Positions 13,331 through 24,914 of a DNA stretch of 64,000 nt are shown here, piece by piece; the stretch's first letter is position 1; every line of letters starts with the position of its first letter. The stretch spans positions 33,542,001 to 33,606,000 of the forward strand of contig CM060734.1 in the NCBI GenBank assembly GCA_030704615.1, written 5' to 3'. The translations under genes were made by a program, and so were the position numbers. The DNA is from Takakia lepidozioides. Taxonomy: Eukaryota; Plantae; Bryophyta. The notes beneath the pieces were generated by a model. The model searched no databases and was not told where the DNA came from. It was given only the letters and a program-made list of their open reading frames with translations.

Positions 13331-13709
13331 CAACATCAGGCTCCCAGTTGTCCTTCGTGACTGCAACCTTGAGTCCAGCAGGCTTCGAGGTAGAAGACGA
13401 GTCCCGTGGTTGCTATGCTGCAACCTCTTGAGTAGTGACCACTGCCTCCTCTGTCAGTGACAATGTCTCATCCTGCCCCATCATCCCATCCTTGAGGACC
13501 TCCTCAATCCGAGAAAAATCCCCAACCTGATCCATCACCGCCGCCTTGGCTGCCAACTCCTTCTGAACCTCGAGCACCTCCCACGTGTGCCATGGATGCG
13601 GCCTGCACCTCGTGGTCCTCACCTGCTTGCCCCCACTCGCTGCCTGTACCGTCTCGGTAGGCAGAGAGACCATGAAGGGAAATGTACTCTGTACTCTGCG
13701 CTGCTCAGC

Positions 13710-14670
13710 CATAGCCAAGCTGATAATCCAGGTCAAGCAATTGAGATCCATTGCTTGCCCCAACACCTGACGATGTGATGCCTCAGAAAGAGATAGCACC
13801 GCCGTGGTACCTGTGGTAAGACCCATCGCCCGCTCACGCTCGTCAGCATTGGGCTCCACTAATTGTTGCAACTAGCTATCCCACAAGAGGCCAGGTCCAC
13901 CATCCCGAAAAGCATGGAATCCTGGGAAGCTGAGCAGTGTAGGTAATGCTGCTCGTGGTTGACCCACCCTGTTGACCACTGCCAAAGGCAAACGGTCATC
14001 GTGTCTCACACGTTGAGACTGTCTCCCTGTGTCCAAAATGTTATCCACTGTGAGGTGTGCTGGCCGCTGCACCCCATCAAATGCATGCTTGAGCAGTGCG
14101 GGTGGCATCAAGTTAGTCCACCATAGCCGTGGACGATGAGCCCATGACCCCACTGCAGCTGCATCCAGCAACACTGCTGACCCAAGCCACGACCGGACTT
14201 GATACACACTGGCCATCACCCTGGCCCGAGAATCACCCATCAGTGGCACATTCTCCAAGATGTATGCTGGAGATACAGCTTGATGAAGCTGCAAGTGGCG
14301 CAAAATCCGCACCATCTCCCAAAACAGACCCGTCCTTGAGTCTCGCAATCCATTGCCATGCCCGGCTGATGAATGCCTTAGCAGGGCCAACCTGCCACTA
14401 TCAGATCAATGGAGCCAACCCGCTCCAAATCCTGCGCCCCCAGCAACGAAATGTCTGCTGGCAAGGCTTGTTGGTATCCACAAACTGCAGACACTGGCAA
14501 CAAATCAGGGTACTGCTGTACCAACTGAGCAACATGGCGCAGAGAGATGCGTCGTGCAGTCTCATCCCTCTCCACATACAGGTAACGTCAAATTTGTACA
14601 CCTGCCTGCAGTACTGCAGCCAATCCAGTGCTGATCCCGCCAAACAAGTCCATAAGGCATATGTCTTCAT
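13710..14670 (-). pseudogene. Dnmt3-like cytosine-C5 DNA methyltransferase domain inside pol
   Basis: Motif I LMDLFGGISTGLAAVLQAGVQI(*)RYLYVE (~14570-14660); motif IV SIDLIVAGWPC(*G, frameshift)HSSAG; GLRDSRTGLFWEMVRIL; motif VI YILENV; motif VIII DAAAVGSWAHRPRLWWTN; motifs IX/X ERERAMGL...RQVLGQAMD. All are in canonical order. Confidence 0.9.
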
Positions 14671-14809
14671 ACGGGCACTGCTACACAAGAGGTGTGGTGT
14701 CCAATGGCGACAACTAAGGTGGTCCTGGTGCAATCACCGCACTCTCCTCTTCTCCTGACGGTACGAAGGCCTCTACCCAGGCTTGTTGTACCCGTCCATC
14801 AGCTGCCTG

Positions 14810-15440
14810 CTACAAATCCTTGCTCGTACCCCATAATGGAGTGTGAGCAACCATGGCAGGCAACTCCGCCGTACCATGCATGTCATCCTGCTCTGCTGGA
14901 GGTGGCACATCCTCTGCATGGGCATTGCCTTCCAGCAACTCTCCAGGCCAACTAACTGCAGCTGTAAAGGCGGCTAGTGTTGGCAGTTTGCCCCACTGGG
15001 CAGCCGCAATACCCCCAATGAATGTCACAGGGAGTTGTGCATGACGACCATCCCCTGACTGCCATCCAGGCCTGTAGGATGCTGACTCCTCCCAAAAGTC
15101 CAAGGTGAAGCCCATAGGATATAACACTGCCCCACCAACAATGACATCGTAAGAGACCGCGTCTGTCACAATGGCCTTGGCTCGCATCACTGAGCCATCT
15201 ACAGGATGATCTGGTTGTAGTCCAATAGCCAACTCACGCCGTGTCATGCCCCGAGCCTGCTCTGATCCTCCCAGAGATGTCTGTATCTGGAAAGGACAAG
15301 GCTCCATATCCGCCTCCATGAGGCCCAAACCTGCAATAGCAGCTCTGCCCAACATCAGTGGCTGAGCTCCTAAGTCCAACAAGACCCCCAGTGGCCGGTA
15401 CTTCTTGCCTGGTCCACTCAAAGTGAAAATGTCTCTCTAG
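14810..15440 (-). pseudogene. Retropepsin-type aspartic protease of the DNMT-gypsy element
   Basis: GVLLDLGAQPLMLG (degenerate D-S/T-G active site) and SYDVIVGGAVLYPMG C-terminal motif; lies between gag and the DNMT domain. Confidence 0.75.
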
Positions 15441-15529
15441 TTGTCTAACAAGACAACTCCAGGTGTCATCATGGCACGCTCAAAGGCTGGCCTAGCTGGC
15501 AACTCCGTCAACCTGGCAGCTGCAGCTTG

Positions 15530-17419
15530 TCATGGCGCAGCCATGGCAGTCTTGACCCTCAAATCCGAGGATCCCTCTGCCACTACACCTTCCAGTAATT
15601 CCGCCCCACTCTCGCAGAGTGTTGCTGCTAGTCTGAACACTGCAGCTGGTCTTACCCCCGGCGTCGCAATCATGGTTGCCGAGAACAGTGGGGCTTGATA
15701 CACAGAGGTGGTTGCCCCCAATAACACACCGGCTACACTAGTCTTGGTAGCAGGTGTCAGTGTTGCACGTGTAGCTCTCCCCAATGGCATAGTAACCTCC
15801 GCCTCGGTAACAGTCGGGCGAGAACTAGGTGCCATGGATGGCGTCGACACTGTCTCCGCCAATGTGAATGACTGAGGAAGCCTTGCCTGACGGCTTGCCT
15901 CCCCACGCTGTGGATCCAATTCTACCTCTGCACCTCGTGGCTCAGGAACTCGTGCTGCTCCTCGAGTCACGGCTGCAGCAGACTCCACCTGCACTAGTGG
16001 TAGTGCTGCTCCGCACATGAATCCCATGCCTCCCATATCTCCTCCCTCAGGAGCAGGAGGTGGACCATCCCGCCTGGGAGCCGGTACCACCTGAGCTGTA
16101 GCCATGGCAGCGAGCCTCTGCTCTAGCTGCTGAAGCCGGTTGGCCATGTCTTGGTCAGCACCGTGACCTCCGCGTCCTTGGCCATGTTGAGCTTGCCCTT
16201 GGCTTGCACCTCGTGCCCGACCACCTCGTCCTCTCTGGGCTCGTCCACCTCGCCCCCGGCCACCATTGTTCCCTTGGAACTGGCCTGGGCGCAACTCAGG
16301 GTGCAAGTCATAACACTGGGCATCTCCATGCCTATACTTGCCGCAATGCCCACACTGCAACTGTGCAAGCTGTGCTTGTGCCGGCCTTCTGCCACTCTTT
16401 GGGCAATCTCTCTTGACATGGGGTCCTCCACATGTCCAATATATCACCCCTGGTTGCTGTTGGCCTGCAAAAGATGCCATGGGCCTCTGCACCTGAGGTC
16501 CCCTGTAAGCTCCATGGAACTTGGGTTGGGCAACCTTGCCCCCATGACCACGCTGTTGGGCAGTCCCTTGTACCTGTTGGCTGGCAGCTGCACCTCGTGC
16601 AGGCATGTCCTTGCCAAATCCAATGGTAACAACTCGCTCCTCCACCATGTTGAGCTCAATCCGCTCAGCCAGCAGAAACACATCCGCTAATGTGGATTGG
16701 GCCGCTTGTAACAGGGTTGCATCCCGCACCCTTCTCTTGAGCTCCTTGTCCAAAATTCCATACCAGAACTGGACTGCCTGAGCTTCAGTAACCCCTTGGG
16801 TCACACTTATCAAGCGCCTCATACGAGTGTAGGCCTCTCGCAAGCTCTCACTGGATTTGCGCTGGAAGTCTTGCAAACTTCGCAGCTTCTCTGTCCGTAC
16901 ACCTTGGTAGTTCATCCGCAACTCCTGGAAGAACTCCACCACCGGGTTGAATCTAGGCACATGTGTTGTAATTGCGGCAGGAGGAGTAGTAGCACTTTTT
17001 GAACTGGTACCACCTGCAGAAGTGTCGGCACTACTTGTTCCACTACTAGTGCTTGTAGTTGGAGATGTTTGTGTAGCTGCTGGTGTCACCGCTGCCCTTG
17101 TGCCTCTAGTGATTGAGACATAGTTAGGTGACCAATACTTTCGCCACTCCTCAATCTCCACCGCATGTCCCCGCCTAAATTCATGGTAATCATCCATGGG
17201 CGGCCCCTCAAGGTGCTGGAATAGCCCCTTCCACGCCATAAAAGGCGTAAACAGTTGTGGATTACGCATTTGCTGCAAATCACACCAACTGTCAAACTCT
17301 TGTATAAAGTCATCAAGCTCGATGGTGCCCACAGCTCCAGAGTACCTACGTGGCCCCTTGGTAGCTCCATACATCTCCTCCATCGTGTCCCACAACAATG
17401 GCACGGAAATGACTTGCAC
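15530..17419 (-). pseudogene. Gag of the DNMT-gypsy element
   Basis: 629-aa ORF with retrotransposon gag core (FQRKSSESLREAYTRM...QFWYGILD), zinc knuckles (WTCGGPHVKRDC, CGHCGKYRHGDAQC) and an RGG-rich tract. Confidence 0.85.
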
Positions 17420-17648
17420 CCTCGGCGAGAATCCTCCTGACTCCGAGTCTGAACCTTCCTCAAAGACACTGAAGGTGAAAGTGGCCTAAACCGCACACCT
17501 TGTCTTGTGTACCCACAAGTATCGCTGGTGCTTGTACCGGCACTCCCCTCAGCAGCTGGTGGCACCTCCGTGATGAAAACTCACAACCCAACCGATTGTC
17601 AACCTGTCTCTAGTCCCCACTTTCTACAAGGTAACCGGGTAAAGAACC

Positions 17649-19280
17649 TGTTGCGGCTACTGGTTCAAGCAGGAATAATAAGTTTCTAACGTAGACCTGT
17701 ACCTGCACCTGCATCCACCGCAAGCACTCCTATGGTCTGCTGGTCATCAACCCAGCCTCACCATAGAAGAAACACTGGTGGTCTTGCTGGTCATCACTCC
17801 AGCCTCACCACCGACAGCATACTCTAGGATTGGCCGGTGATCAAATCCGGACCAACCTCCTATGAAAACAAGCGCCCACACAAAGCTAACATGGCGCACA
17901 GTCAAGCATGCAGGTGTGGAGGGGATCCAAACACAAGAAAATCAAGACAGCAACTCCCCCACACCAAAAACACTCCACGGTGTCGCTCCTACAAGGACAC
18001 CCCAGCCCAAACCCGGACTGACTCTTGCCTCCACCTACGGAAAGGTTTTGGCCTATAGAGAGGGTGAAAGACTATGGAGAAGAGAAACTAGAGCAATTCC
18101 TAACCCCAGAATGCTCTCATCCCACCACTCTCCCTCCTGTCTCTATCCACTCGCTTGTATGGCTGTGGCAAGTATCCTTCAATATCCCTCAATCAATCCT
18201 TCAAGAGCTCTTCAACATTGTCCACCAAAGCTCCTCGAAGGGTCCTCCAAGGACCCCAAAGATCCTCCAAACACTCCTCCAAGGACCCCAAAGATCCTCC
18301 AAATACTCCTCCAAGGGCCCTCAAATATCTTCCAAACAATCCTCCAAAGGCCCTTAAATTTCACTAAGTCCTTTCACTGTTGATACCTTAATAGAGGTAT
18401 AGTCTGAGGTTGCTAGGGTCCCTTATGTTGATGATACATTTACAGAGGTATAGTCTGAAAATGAGGGTTCTGTTTGGTATACTAACAGAGGTATAGTCTG
18501 AGCTGATTTGGGTCCACATATGGTGATACCTCAACAGAGGTATAGTAAAAAGGGACAAGCTCCTGTTTGGTATACTAACAGAGGTATAGTCTGAGCTGAT
18601 TAGGGTTCACATATGGTGATACCTCAATAGAGGTATAGTAAAATGGACAAGCTCTTGTTTGGTATACTAACAGAGGTATAATCTCACATTAGGGTTCACA
18701 TATGGTGATACCTCAACAGAGGTATAGTCAAAGGGACAAGCTCATGTTTGGTATACTAACAGAGGTATAGTCTGAGCATACACTACTAGGGTTTGTAATG
18801 AAGAGCTAGAATGCAAGTCCTTGACTTCTATGCTTCTACTCAAGCAAAAATATGGTCTCTAGGTGGTCATAAGAGGCATCTTCTTGCTCTCTTCCACCCC
18901 AATGTGCAACCAAGAGTGGTCCAACTCAACTTGCAAGTCATTGTCCACCAAATCAATCCCCCTTCTAGTCCTTGGGATTTGATTGCAAACTACTATATCT
19001 CCATTGCCGAGCAATCATGCATTTGTCTCCTCATCACTTGACAATTGCTCCAAATCAACACAAATTATCTCAATGTGTAGAAGCAATGCTTGTCACTTAC
19101 AATAATGCTCCCAAGCAATCCGCCTTGGATCCCACTCTCACGCCATATGCCTCATTAAGGGTCTTGCACCAATCCATCATCCATGTGCTCCTCGTGGTCA
19201 TTTGAATGCATGTTTCATGACCTCTTGGCCTATGTGTTGCTCTCCTTCATCATAACATGAATCAACACCTCTCCACAACA
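17649..19280 (-). repeat. Putative 5' LTR (or its 3' part) of the DNMT-gypsy element
   Basis: Bounded by TGTTGCGG (17649) and CCACAACA (19280), a near-perfect inverted terminus. 17670-18240 is homologous in inverted orientation to 25870-26435. Confidence 0.55.
18240..18776. repeat. Tandem arrays within LTR: ~31-bp TCCTCCAAGGACCCCAAAGA units (18240-18350) and ~9 AGAGGTATAGT-core units with alternating ~44/49-bp spacing (18383-18776)
   Basis: Repeated units directly visible. Confidence 0.85.
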
Positions 19281-19356
19281 GTAAGGTAACTAGCTAACAT
19301 GAATACGGGAAGGAATACAAATAGGAAACACCCCCATGATACACTAGCTGTAGGTC

Positions 19357-20052
19357 ATGACTGATTGTTCTGAGCGGGTTGAGTGCTTAGAGATTTCCAA
19401 CTCTTCTATCTTGGAGTTCCCACCTCGGATAGCGAAGGGATGGGTGAGTAAAAGCCGCTCGACATTTGGCAACCGTACTGGGAGACTGGGTCATGAACAA
19501 CCAGATGTGACAGGCATCTGGTGGGATCATGGTGGTTGGAGAATTAAAGAATTTGATGTGAATCAAATTCCTTGTGAAACTGAGAAGGAAAGATTGTCCA
19601 AACGATTCTTTCAGAGGTTCTTGGAATTGCCAGACGGTTGTAAAGAAAACATTCTTAAGAGAGTGCATGATGCTGACCCTGAGTGGGGTCTAGAGAAAGG
19701 AGGGATAAAGATTTATCAGGTGGCCTGTAGCAGAAGAGCACGTTGGTTACCAACACTGGTTTATGTGATAGCATTGCTATCCATTAAGCGAGTAGAGTTT
19801 GAAGGCTGGGAGGAAAGAAAGGTGAATGTTTATACTCATATGCATGAAGAGCTTGTACTGGTAAAGAATTGGATTCCAAAGGATATTTTGTGGATCAAAC
19901 TCACACCAAGAACAGCTTTCCAGACTTGTTTGCCATATGGTTATATGGTAACGGAGACTTCTAGTATAGCCAAGGGTGCATTGAAGCTTGAAAGAAACCT
20001 AGGCATATACGGGAGATATTACAGAAGAGAGTTTTGGTTATTGCCACATTAA
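19357..20052 (+). CDS. 231-aa intronless ORF of unknown function, probably TE-associated
   Basis: Uninterrupted ATG-initiated ORF inside the TE island, followed by a frameshifted acidic/Gly-rich ORF (20074-20789) resembling a pre-gag region. No family recognised. Confidence 0.4.
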   Translation: MTDCSERVECLEISNSSILEFPPRIAKGWVSKSRSTFGNRTGRLGHEQPDVTGIWWDHGGWRIKEFDVNQIPCETEKERLSKRFFQRFLELPDGCKENILKRVHDADPEWGLEKGGIKIYQVACSRRARWLPTLVYVIALLSIKRVEFEGWEERKVNVYTHMHEELVLVKNWIPKDILWIKLTPRTAFQTCLPYGYMVTETSSIAKGALKLERNLGIYGRYYRREFWLLPH

Positions 20053-20801
20053 AAGAAATGAAAGACATGGGACATGAGTGATGAAAGAGAAGCTAGACTC
20101 CAGAGATATTCAGCAAAAAAAAAAAACTATCTGAAAGCTAATTATCCATATCTTTGGGAGAGAGGAATAGACATAGGGGAATCATCTGGACCTCTCACAC
20201 CATTAAGATCACAGAGTACATCACCCATACCGGAAGAACTAGAGTTGGATGCCACTCCTTCTTTTTCTTTGCAAAAAAGATTAAGGGAATTGGTACGGGA
20301 AGAAGAAGAGCTGAGGTACATCCCTGGATAAAAGATTTTACAGAATTCTTTGATAAGAGTTGGCATGGAACACCAAAAGCAGGAACTCCAGTTTCTGAAG
20401 TGGAGGGTGAAGAAGGAGGAGAGGATGTGGCAGAGCCAACGGAGAGTTCAGACTCAGAGGAAGAGTATGAAGAAGTAGACCCAACAGCTGAGGTTGAGAC
20501 TACAACCAGGACATCCCAACCCGTTGGACCTGGATCAAGTGGAGCACTTGGATCACAGGCCAACGAAGGTGTCGGCTCAGGGGGATCAGGCGGGCTGCCT
20601 GGATCTGGCTCTGGGGGGACATGGAGTGTGGGAAGTAGTGCAACTGGAGCTGGGAATACTGTGAATATCGTGGGGCCAGTAGCAGGGAGTGCTCAGGGGC
20701 CACCACTTGGTGGAAGATCCACCGCAACTACAATAGTGAAGGACCAGCACCAGCAAGGGTGCCAGCACCTGTCAGTGGGCAGAAGGTAGGGCCACAGATG
20801 G

Positions 20802-21518
20802 CGTTACACCATCGACTCCATAATGCATACAAAGGATTCTCAAACCCTAGAATCCATGCTTCCACACACACAAGACTTCCTCCTTACAATCCTTGCAAAA
20901 TCTTGTGACTCAAGAGCTTTCTTCTCAAGCTCTCCAACTCCTTGGTGCATGCAATACTCGAGCACCTTTCTTTGCAACCCCTTGCAAGTCTTGTGATACA
21001 AGAGCTAAATTCTCCTAGCTCTCAACCTCTTTAAAATACAAGTGCAAAACTAATCCTTACACTCCGCACTCACAAGCATAAGGTGATCTTCTTGTAGTGA
21101 TAAGAGACGAGAAATGAGAGAAGTAGAAGACAATGAAAGCTCTCAAAGCATGAAGCAATCACATGAAGAACAAGCCCTAGTCCTTCCAAGTGAAATCCAC
21201 TCTATCACATAAACTAAGTCAAGCCAAGGGCACCTTTGCTAAAGGAATCCACCCTACAAAGCCGTCAACACACTCCCTCTCAATACCTAGAGCTATGGAG
21301 GTGAGAGAAGCTCATGGAGGCTCAACTACAAGAAGATGAGCCTCCTCAACACTCACAAGGGGAAAACCTATCTTCATGTCTCAAGTGAGGCTCGACACCT
21401 CACTTGGCATGTGAGACCAAATGAAGTCCCAACACACAAAATATAAAAATAAATATCTAAAATGTCCTAGTTAACTAGAAGTAGGTAATTCTAGATAACC
21501 ATGACTAAAACCATGACA
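20802..21518 (-). repeat. LTR-like segment starting TGTCATGG on minus strand
   Basis: Inverted homology to 23059-24000, e.g. GGAGGCTCATCTT..GTTGAGCCTC, CTTGGCTTGACTT and AGAGCTTG..AGAA.AGCTCTTG..CACAAGA. Confidence 0.55.
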
Positions 21519-24099
21519 CATTCATGGCTATTTTTCTTAATGGAATTTTTGTATTTGAGTTCCACAACTATCATAACGACCCCATAGTGATTAGAAAAGG
21601 CTAGCTGCTGTGTAATATCAGTTTTGTCCATAAAGGATGCCTTACAGAAGGGATTTGACAATTTATCTATTTCACCTCAACATTAGGCTTACCACCCCAT
21701 TGTGCCATGTTACGATTTTGGATGGCTTCTATTGGCCTTACTTAAATTATGTTCATTGTTTCCTAAGTCCTTGTTTCATTAAAAAGTTGGCCCAAGTCTA
21801 GGTTCCTTAGTGCTCATTTGGCTTGGACATCTCCAGATTTATACAAGACATGACAACATGGAGAATAAGATCAAACTTGCTAATACCAATGGTGTGATTT
21901 AAATAACAATGACATAAGCCACTTAAATCATGTAAACTTTCTTCATATTGACCTAAACAACTATGAAAGATTGAATGCAAATGTGCTTGGACATAAATGT
22001 AGTGCTCATGGTTGCTGATTGAAAAGCAAGGGACAAATCACAAATTACATAAGGCACAAAGCACCTAAAAGATTTTGATTTTGATTGGCTCTTCTTTGTA
22101 GAAAAATATTATGCATTCGTGCAAAAATATTCATTTGATCTTGGTGTACTTTTTTCAAATAATATACCTCATTGGTTGTACAAATAATATTATATCTCAT
22201 CGGTTGTACTAACTTAAATGCATGCATGGAGGAAGATGAGTGTGCATAATTTTATAATTATAATAAATCTATTATGGATGAAACTAGATAACACTATTAT
22301 AAATGAGCCATTATATGACACGACGGCCGTTTGTTGTGAAATATTAAAAACAAATTGAGAAAAAAAAAATAATAAGCGAGTATTTTTTAGTTGAAATAGT
22401 AATCTTATGAAGATGTTAGATTTTGAAACATCATTGAAATAAGTATCCAAGATGAAATAATATTAGAAATTAGTTTTTTCATAAAAAATCTTTGTGATTT
22501 TTATTAACGTAGTCACGGTACTTAGCTAAAGAATAATGATAAATAATAGTTTACTGTTTGTAGAAGAACTTTGTATACTACATTCTGTTTGATAAATATT
22601 CTGTTTGTAAATATTATTAATGTAATAAATATTTATCATAGTTAAATAAAGATTCAATGCACCTTTACATATGCACCTTCAAAAGTTCATTAGCCTCTCA
22701 ATGCAAGCTATGAATTTGTGAAATATTAGGCAGTAAGACAAAGTGGCTCTTAATTACGCGGCTTTGGCCGGAGTCTTCTTCTTCTTTTAATTTAAGAAAT
22801 AAAACTAAAGTTATATATTGATATGTTATCTTTTTGAAATTGAAGCATTTTTATCAGAAAGAGAGATAAACATCCATCATTAATTTTAAGAGAGATGAAC
22901 ATCCAAGAGCATTAGGCCCTTTCATATTTTGTCAAAAGTTATTAGATAATTTACACTGCTTCGAGAGGCAAAACCTCTCTTTTTTTAATGAGAGAAAATA
23001 ATATCATTTTTCAAATACTTGGCCATGAGGCACCAATCACAAATGCTCCGGAGGGCTTTGTCAAGTTATTTTACCACTAGTGTGAAACTAGCTAGGAAAT
23101 AGCTAGCTTTTACATATTGACATTTGGGATTGGCCCAAGTGTCAATCCAGGGGTCAAGGCAGATTTAGGCCCTGGAGTGGTTATCTTCACGGCAAGCGCG
23201 GGAGGCTCATCTTTCTCGAGTTGAGCCTCACCGCGCCTAGCTATGGCGCTGTAGTGTGGATTCCCCATGGCGTGGGGTGCACTTGGCTTGACTTGTATTT
23301 GAGTGATGAGTTTATATATGCATGAGTTTGTGCTTCAGCTTTGTGAGCTCGCATGAGCTTGTACTTGTATTCTTCTTCTTTATCACTCGAGAAAGATGAG
23401 CTCGTATCTGTGAGTGCCAGATACGAAGTAGTTGTAGCACTTGTGGTTTTTGCTTGAGAATGAGAGAAACCAAGTTGTTATGCAAGGAGCACCGTGGAGC
23501 TCTTGGTTGTTAGAAGCGGAGGCGATGTGGGTTACGAGGTAGTAGACCTTGGTATTCGATCTTCAGCTTCAGAGATGAAAGCACCATGTTGCAGGTAATT
23601 CCAGAGCACCTTGATGGTTTCAGATTGTGTACATGCATGAGCAAGCACGATTGGGAAGAGGACCAGTCAAGAGCAGGTTATAGTGGCTTTGGTGGCAAAG
23701 CTGAGAACTGGACTTGGGAATGCGAGCTTTCATTGTGTGAAGGATTGCAAGACCAAGCGAAAGGGCTGATTTGGCTTGGGGCAAATCAGTGCACTTTGTG
23801 GAGTATGGTGAGATTGGGTTTCAATCTCGAGCTTCAGCATTGAGAGGGCTCTTGTCATGGCAAGAGCAGGGCTGGAACAGGAGCTAAGAGGTGCGGCAAG
23901 GCCATGGAATGTGCACCTAGGGTTTCAGAGCTTGGAAGAAGAGCTCTTGCACCACAAGAGAAGTGTCTTGTGGCTGGAAATGTAAGCCTTAGGGTTTCAG
24001 GAGCTTGGCAAAGGCTGTGGAGTGCTTAGTCTTGTCTTAGAGAGCATCAAGGAGCCAAGGAGCCAAGATAGGGGGCTGATATCTCGTGTGTGAAGAGGT

Positions 24100-24480
24100 T
24101 GCATGTGTGGAGCATGTATTCAGCTCATTGAAGCTTCCATCTTCAAGCTTGGAGGGCAAGCAAGGAAGAGGGAAGGGCTGACTTCCCTTATGTGAGGGCA
24201 ATGCAATGTGTGGAGCATGCTATCAGCCTGGTGAAGGCTTGCACTTTCAGGTGTGGGAGTGCAAGAAAGAAAGAAAGGGGCTGGTTTCCCTGTAGGGCAT
24301 ATGGAGCATGCTTTCAGCCTGCTGAAGCTTGTATTTTCAGGTTTGTGGGTGCAAGAAATGAAGCAAAGGAGCTGATTCTCTTATGGTGAGAGTGGGGCAT
24401 GTGTGGAGCATGACTTCAGCCCATTGAGGCTCTTGTTTTCAAGCTTTAGAGAGCTAGAACGGAAGGTCTAGGGCTGGTTT
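24100..24480. repeat. ~95-100 bp tandem repeat x4 (core TGGAGCATG..TTCAGC)
   Basis: Core recurs at ~24107, 24210, 24302 and 24403. Confidence 0.7.
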
Positions 24481-24914
24481 CCACTTGGAGTGAAAGAAAA
24501 ACACTTGTAGGGCCTATGTGAGTTGGGGTTTCAACTTCAAGCTTGAAGGGAGCGCAACTCTTGAAGCAGCAGGTGTAGGGGGCTGGAATAGGCTCTAAGA
24601 CAGATGCTATGGCCAAGGAGAATGCTTGAATGAGTGCTCACAAGGGCTGGGAACCAGCAGGGCTTGGTTGTTTGCCATTGAGTTTAGTGGCGTGTTTGGG
24701 GAGGCTAAGTGAGAAAGAAGGCTTGGTTTGTGGCAACCACCTCATGGCTTAGGGCTACTATGGTAGTGTGTGGGAGCCGAGAGAGTAAGAATACCTTGCT
24801 GATTTCCTCACAGCCGCCATAGCTTGGTGGAAAGAAGCCTAGAGTCCAAGAGACACAAACCCTAGCTTGGCGTGGCTAAACCCCTTGGAGAAATGGCTAA
24901 ACTGCCAGAGCGGC

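Larger units (their letters stand above)
10596..21518 (-). mobile_element. Ty3/gypsy LTR retrotransposon carrying a C5 DNA methyltransferase (Gag-PR-DNMT-RT-RH-INT); decayed, 3' end truncated, 5' boundary uncertain (19280 or 21518)
   Basis: ORF fragments 15530-17419, 14810-15421 and 14378-14575 share one frame; 13872-14390, 13413-13871, 12534-13109, 11901-12467 and 10596-11828 share a second. This is one gag-pol broken by in-frame stops and a single frameshift near 14376. Confidence 0.9.

Noticed and set aside
13710-14670. Interpreting the methyltransferase as a host DNMT3/DRM gene or bacterial contaminant
   Set aside because: It is intronless, in frame with retroviral protease upstream and RT downstream, has non-permuted motif order (unlike DRM), and is decayed like the rest of pol.
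18383-18776. Regularly spaced AGAGGTATAGT repeats resembling a CRISPR array
   Set aside because: The spacers are themselves repeated in alternation, the context is a eukaryotic LTR, and there are no cas genes.
21519-23058. Very AT-rich segment suggesting organellar or viral DNA
   Set aside because: No recognisable ORFs or RNA genes; cannot be supported without a search.
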